This document shows, in pieces, positions 56,816-64,000 of a DNA stretch of 64,000 bases (position 1 is its first letter; every line of letters starts with the position of its first letter). The notes beneath the pieces are model-generated. The model ran no database searches, had not been told where the DNA came from, and was given only the letters and a program-made list of their open reading frames with translations. Position numbers and translations under genes: made by a program. The stretch spans positions 918,613 through 982,612 of the forward strand of contig CM082588.2 in the NCBI GenBank assembly GCA_040954595.2, read 5' to 3'. Source of the DNA: Balanoglossus misakiensis. Its lineage: Eukaryota > Animalia > Hemichordata.

Positions 56816-59713
56816 ACCCATGGAAATAAATGGTCGGATCTTGAATAAAGTTCAGTTTCACACCTCCTGACAAGAATGTGCTAATAACAAGTATTTGGAC
56901 ATAAGTTTATAATGAGTGTTTTTTCGGTGGTTTCTTTATTGGTTGATAATGAGAGAGTGGAGTATTGGGAAGGGCCCGCAGGGATACTAAGAGTCTTATG
57001 GTGTCATGCATAAATTATATATCAATTTCTGGGAGTTAATGTGTGGTCGGACATCAGGGGAGTTTGAGCTTAGAACAAAGACTTGCCTCGAGCAATACAA
57101 CATCTGTCAGAGACTACAAAGTGTCAAAGTCACCATTCGCCCCAACAAGCCTTGTCTACAATATATAACATCAGGTCTAACATTTGAAACAATCTCTTTC
57201 CTTTTCTTGTTTTTTTCTCTCGATTGATGATTATAATATAGAGATTCAGTAGTAGAGGAATGATGGCTGAATTCACAATAGCTGATGGTTTTGATGAGTA
57301 TAGATTGGAGGTGGTATCAATTGTAGCTGAAGTAATGATGTGACTCATCAAACTATCAAGGGGCGCATTGAGTTGGGCTTGATGTGTCTGCCCTCATTTC
57401 TCTCTCTTTGTTTTTATGTTCTGCCTGTCGGAACAAATTGTGTTTTATCGGAACAAGTCGGGATTGTATTATTGGAGGGCTCTCTGACCTACAATCAAAT
57501 ATCAGATGTGGTTGTCTGTAACGCAAGATGACGTTATTCTTTCAAGTGTGTCCACAAACATTGTCCAGAAAGTTTGAAATAATGCTGGCTGATCAAGGGA
57601 ACACTTCTTCTGACTTGTGATTCTCCCTTTGTACGTGATCAGTATTGCAGACCCTTTCTGTGCCGTCCAAACCAATATGGCAGACCAGTCACACATGAGA
57701 ATTCTCGACAGTCAACCAACCAAATTAATTTTACATGTTGTGGTACGTGTATGTAGCTGAGCATGAAACAATGAGAAAAGCTCAGTCATGTTTTGTTTGG
57801 TCTCGACTTTGGAGAAAATTGGTCCAGATCTCACAGAAAAGAAAGTAGACATCATTAGTCAGGCAATGAACAACGTCTTGATTCTAGATGAGACAAAAAT
57901 TAGATTTTTATAGCACTCATTTTCAAATAATTACCAGTCTTAAGTGTATAAACATTGACTGTACTGTAGTTGAAAATGATGATGAGAAATCCTGCCACAG
58001 GGAAGATGGCTTATCTTTGTAACTATGGTAACCAGACAATCTTCTTCCAGACGAATAAGTTTTACATGCTCTTGATTCTATCATACATCAAATTATCACT
58101 AATTTTTAATATATACTTAAGTTTCATTGTTGTTTAGGAGTTTATTTCTCTGTAATATGTCACCTCTAGCAGAGGAAATCCACCCAAAAGCTATGTATGT
58201 AGTCCTAGTAGTGCAGACAAGCACTAGCCATTTGACATTATGTTCACCCAACCAATTGGTTCTTGTACGGTTTTATAATGTTGAGGGTAAAAAAACCATT
58301 TTAAAATTAGAAACTAATCCGTATTAGTTTTTATGGTTGATTTGTATGATCATCTGGGTTTTCCCGTCGATATTTAGCGGGCTCTTAGTGTCTGACTAAT
58401 ACCAGAAAAAGAAGATCCTAATGATTTTCTGTTAGCCAGACTTCGGAGATAACGCTGTATGAAGTACTGAAGCATAAAATAAGTCGGAGACATGATAATC
58501 TTTTGTCAGAATTTGTTGCTGGCAGCAATGTTGCACAATATAAGATCCAATCGCCATGACAATATCCCAACTCATTGTAATATTCCGTATCAAATATTAA
58601 TTTTTAATTCGTAGCAAAATGATAATTTTGATATTTTAAGGGAGTTTATATTTCTCAATGTGGACCCATGTGTTTGGAAATGATAGCATCTCTTTGAGAG
58701 GACTTCTAAAATATTAAATATTCCCAGGATGTGTTAAAATAGATTCTGCAGTGCTCAGTGATAAGAACCTCTTCATTTTGACGAAAGAACTGGCCCTCCC
58801 ATACCCTATATTGAAAAGCTTATGATGTCATTTATGTACTACAAGAAGGAAACGTGTCTGTAGTATTTATAACGTCGTGACCTCTGATACATCTTTTTTG
58901 AAAAGGTGGATCATAAATGATTGAAGCGTAAGTGTACTGAGGGAGGATATCTGGTAACAAAGACTACATCAATTACTTCCAATTAATCCGTGTGTGGTTG
59001 TGTGTAATTCCTGGTTCCTGTCCACAGTAGTATCAATTATTCAAGAACCGAGATACACATGTATCTTTCTTTCCAATTGTGATCCGCAAGGTGGAATCAT
59101 TTTCAATATGTGAAGTTGAAATGAAGTACCAGTAACATTCCATATTGATAATCTGACTTGTTCAACACAAGTCTCTCAAAAAATTGTCTCATGTACAATT
59201 GCATGCTGTTTTCTAGAAAATGACAGTTGTCAAATATCAATTGTGAAGCTGTAATGTACGTAACATGAGGTTATAAAACATACATTCTAACTGTACACAT
59301 TTCATATTTTTTTTTACTCTTGCAGACATCATTATATCATGTTGTTTCAAAGACCTGTTTTATAAGAAAGCCTTATTATTTCTTTCTACCGAGGAATGTC
59401 GTTTCCCCGAAAAAATCCCTGAAACTGCTGTTGATTAGTGCCGGTGGTATGTCACGACATCACAAGAGATGTTACCATGGATACGCACATGTCATGTGAT
59501 GGACAAGGTTTGCTGGATAGCCAGTGTAATCAGCTTGGTCACAAATATTGACGTATGATTTTGTTTCCTGAGATTGGTCATTTCCTGCTCTTCTGTAGAT
59601 CCCGGCGGTGAGGTTGTTTCAAAGACCTGTTGCCATAACATGAGAATTGTGTTCTGTATGCAGGTGTCTTCTGACATAGCTTGAAGTGTCGGCTAGTGTT
59701 TTTGTGGGTTTGC

Positions 59714-59810
59714 TGAGAGAGAGAGGGAGGGAGAGAGATGTGTTTTCTCAGAGAGAGACAGACAGACAGACATAGGCAAACAGAGAGAAAGATCGAGAGA
59801 CACAGAGAGA
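59714..59810. repeat. (GA)n/(GACA)n low-complexity tract
   Basis: gagagagagagggagggagagag...gagagacagacagacagac. Confidence 0.75.
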
Positions 59811-62800
59811 ATTTGCTTGCTTTGAAATGCCGCAATCACCACCTATTACAAAATGGTCGTGTCTGACAACAGATGCCATCAACAATCATGCAGTCTTGCA
59901 GAGAAGGCAGAGGGCAACCACACAAGTGCAGTGCAACTTTTGATACTTCAATCTCTTCATTCCGAGAGGACTTATCCCTCACCAGCTAATCAGAATTTAT
60001 TTGTCATCTCTAAAGAGCATTAAACGGCCAGTTTCCCACTCATATGCTGACTGGCCTTGATCACTGAACTTTACCTCAAGTACATGTTTTTGTGTTGATA
60101 TCCTGGACTAGCATCTGTTGCAGTTCATGATGCATTTCAGTTGTTACAAGTAAAAGGTGGTGAGGAATGTGAGAAACTGGCATGAAAATACTTCGGCTTC
60201 GTAATGAAAAAGCAATCATACAACGACAGAGCAACATAGATGGAGATACGTGTAGCTAATACCACATAATATGGTTGCAACCAGTGAATTTCACTTCTTG
60301 TATGGCCTGCTTGATTTCTGTTGGCCAGTTTATTCAATGGTTTTATTCCAGTTGTTTGTAATACCATATCCAACACTGCATGGATATGATAGCTATAGAA
60401 ATGTGTTATACCCTGCACTCACAGCACCAGGATACAACGGAAATAGAAACTGTTAATAAAGCATAAGTGACATTGATCTTGTGGCAGGCTGTGGTTTTCT
60501 TGTCAAGGTCATTTCCACATTGATCTCTTCACGCATTGATTATATCCCTGTCTGATTGCGTCACCACCATCCCTGGTTGCAGCGATACCAGCTGCAGAAC
60601 CGATATTTTGCCACCGGGAGTTTCTTGCAATGATGTCACAGTGTAGGCAAATGATCTGTTGGCATTTCCTGTGTGACTCACATTGCTTGGACACTCTCAC
60701 ACATGTGTGTGCAACATTGCAGTCGAGTGATGGTTTTTTTTCTTCACATTTGCTCACTTACACTATGGTAAGTTCCGATAATGCCAGGTCATGCAAACCA
60801 GTATTCCGTTTAGTCCTGTTTTTGCTTGTTCACAATCTGCAGTGAAGTTAAATAAAGAAGAGGGGTTGAGATGTACTATATTGCCATGGCTCTGTATGGT
60901 AATTTCATGATATGAATTTCATCCCAGTACCTAAAATCCAATACTTTAATTGAAGTACCCCTGTATTGATACTGAGGTGATACTTGGAATAGTAAAAGCT
61001 GTGATTGTGTGGAACGTGCGGTGATAGTCTGTCATCACTGATACTACCTGCGCAGATAACGACTTTAAGACAGTTAAGTAGGCGGTCTGGTCTCTTTCCG
61101 TAGTGGGTAGATATTCATTCCTGGTCGTTGTCTGAAATGGATCGATATTTCTTCCTGACTGTTTGTCTAATCACACGCAGGAAGACAAGATAGGAAGGGA
61201 AGACACTTGGCGGGTTGTCTTTGAATGTGCCATGTGTCAATAGCTTTGTGTTATTACTAGTACTTATTGCAGAGAATAGACTTCCAGTGAGTGTCAACAC
61301 TGTCCATGTCATTCCTCCAATTCTCATTGTGTCCTCACTTTTCTGAACGGCAAGTAAAGTACCCCTGGACGGCTGACAATGGTCAAAAAGAGATTTATTG
61401 TAATTATCAAGGTTCTTGTTGTATACATTACATTGTAAATGCTTCCTGCCTTGCCCATAGTAGCAGGCTTTATGCTGACACTCATTTGTCTGGTCCACAT
61501 ACCGACATATCCTGCCGATCTATCAAACCTAACATATGTCAGTTAGCCAGATCTCGCTTATACATTTCATGCAGTCTCTAAATCACAACTTTTAAAAAGG
61601 GACAAAGTCGATAAATCTTGACATCCATAGTTGATTAAGTTTCCTCTGATAGTACACTCATGTTGGTCTGATCACTGAAACATGCTCGATGCTCAACTCA
61701 AACCCAGTACATAGGCATATTAGTTCCATAATCAAGTATCAAAAACTATGATAGAAGTATTTAAATGCTACAATGTATGCTTGTATGTAGCTTATGCCTT
61801 TAAATTAAGAATGTTTCACTTTCAGTTTTTCTCACTAAAACTTTTTGAGAAGTAAAAATATTCCACTAATATTTATATCTTTGTACATCATTTGAATTTA
61901 CGATGGTAATTGCCATAAGACATTGATCTAAACTTTGAGAATCAGGATTTCAGTGCTCAAGGGTAGATCCTTTGTCTTGTATACAATGATGGAATCCAGT
62001 ATGTACATATAGGTCAAGCCAAGGACTTCGTGGGGAAGCTAAGCGTCCTCAGAATGACCTTTCAAGGCCACTGGCCGCCCAGTGACTGCGGTTTGACTGA
62101 TAATATATACTGGGCAAGAAGTAGTGTGTGGAATTTACCATCAAACTTTATGACTTGATTGAGATGGGGGTCATTGAACTGAGATCTATCCCAGCATGCA
62201 CTGGGTTTTGGCCTCCTTTTGGTCACATGACGGTTGAATCATGTGCAATGCGATATCTGTGTACGTTTCTGTTTAATACGGTGTATATTTCTGTCCACGT
62301 AACTCTCAGATTTATTGGCCTGAAAAAGCAGTGGGGTCGTTGTCTTTTAACTTAACCACAAGTGTTGTTATTTCTTTTAAAAATACATTGACAGAATATT
62401 TACGAGTGACGTCCTGGTCTTTTTGCCAGTGGTGGAAAGTTTGGATGGGAATGGGATACCAAGAATATAAAGAGCCCCTTGTGGGTTATGAATTATCTGC
62501 AAAAGTTTGAAGTGCTTTGAAACGTGCTTGTTATTGACAGTCATTATTGTTGTGACCTTCAACACCAGTTGCTGCGACCTTCGACACACTGATCCCCTGG
62601 CCTACATTCTGATGTTGCACCAACCCACATCACACCCATGATGGATGTTCTACCCCGTTGGTGAATGGTACGTCCCGTGAAACCACCAGTACTCAACCAC
62701 ATCTCACTGTATGGTGTCAGGCAAATGGCCAAAATACGACCACTGACCACTGCCAACCAGTATTCACTCAGAATATATTGTTGTGAAATAAATTCAAATT

Positions 62801-64000
62801 TGAGGTTTTGTATGTATTCCCAATAAGGTAGCATGTTATTGGATGTATGTCAATGTGAAATGCTATCTGTAGTGATGTCATAATGTTGGCTGCCAGCCCA
62901 ATACTGTGTGTACATAATGGGTGTACCACCTTTCTTGTCATCTAGATGATCTGTTGTTACTGCTTGTCAAAAGTCTAAACCTCAAAACCAAAGTGGTCAA
63001 CTTTCACCTGTAATTAAAATACAAATCAGAGGTCACCAGGTAATATTTTGATTACAGAGTCATTATCATTATTTAGAAATCCAATATTAGAAATTCAAAA
63101 TATCCACCAATCTCTGTGTTAATATAAAAGTTTAATATTCCTCCTTCGTAGGATGAAACCTGTGGATTGATGACAGACTGTTTATATGAAGTTACAGCAT
63201 ACAGGTACTGGTTGTTCATCTGTGCCAAAAACATGAACTGGACTCTTCAACTATAGATAGATCTGGTTGTACTCTTATCAATAATACAACTGCTATCAAT
63301 ATCAGTATTTGTCAGGAAGTAAGTTCCAAACAGTCCAATTATAAATGTCTCCATCCAGTCAAATCCAAAGTACACAAAGTTATTTCTTCAAAACAGTGGG
63401 AGAAGATTTTGAATTTTTCCATGTCTGCTAAGTTTGCTGTGCAAGACATGGCTTCATTTGCCAGTTGCGTATAGATACGACAAACCATGACATGTTTCTG
63501 GCCCTCATTCAAATGGAAATTTGTCCACATCAGCAAATCAACCTCTGCCCAGGCCGGGGTGTTGCCAATCTATAGCGACTCGCGCCGCTAGTGTTTCAAC
63601 TCCAGGATTTCACACTGAGAATCAATTATTTGTTGATAAAAAACCACAAGCTGACCAATATGAAGTTGTAATTACCGACAAATTATTTATTTTCTAACAA
63701 GTTAGCTGACACATTGCTGCAGCTATTCAGAGCGTGGCGGATTTTATTGTAGATCGCTTTGCTGTGGTCAGAATTCACCTGCCACTCATTTTGTTCTCGT
63801 ACCGTGAGAAACCAAAGATGCGATTGTCCGCAAACCGTATGCAGTTTGTTTTCCATCACGTGATTGGTGACCGCTTAGTGGATTTCGATGGCGTGGTCGA
63901 CATTTACATACCACAGACGCCAATTACCCCAACGAAGCGTAAGTAGAAACTGACCACGATTTGCCTCGCAGTGAAATTAATGCAAGAATTGTCCTCCAAT

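Overview
AT-rich eukaryotic (animal) genomic DNA with GT-AG introns; by inference an invertebrate deuterostome such as a hemichordate or echinoderm, species not determinable here. Four genes can be built by hand: (1) BIG3/ARFGEF3 on the minus strand (26 coding exons, 4020-18074, ~2256 aa); (2) ATE1 arginyltransferase on the plus strand (18931-22165, ~460 aa), head-to-head with BIG3; (3) a RUNX transcription factor on the minus strand (26054-52406, ~506 aa, Runt domain and C-terminal VWRPY), tail-to-tail with ATE1; (4) the first two coding exons of SUPT3H on the plus strand (53430-54338), head-to-head with RUNX and missing from the ORF track. The most interesting structure is in splicing. ATE1 has two tandem 129-nt homologous exons (7A/7B type). 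The intron between them has a perfect TACTAAC branchpoint overlapping the first exon's donor, a 22/23-bp hairpin, and a short element able to pair either upstream or downstream. BIG3 has an apparently duplicated, diverged exon-5 pair, a candidate 72-nt cassette exon and a duplication-derived alternative donor. Repeats include three piggyBac-like TTAA MITEs, a Helentron/HINE-like element with 240-bp tandem repeats, a tRNA-derived SINE, another TIR MITE and microsatellites. Gene identities rest on recalled protein motifs, not database searches.
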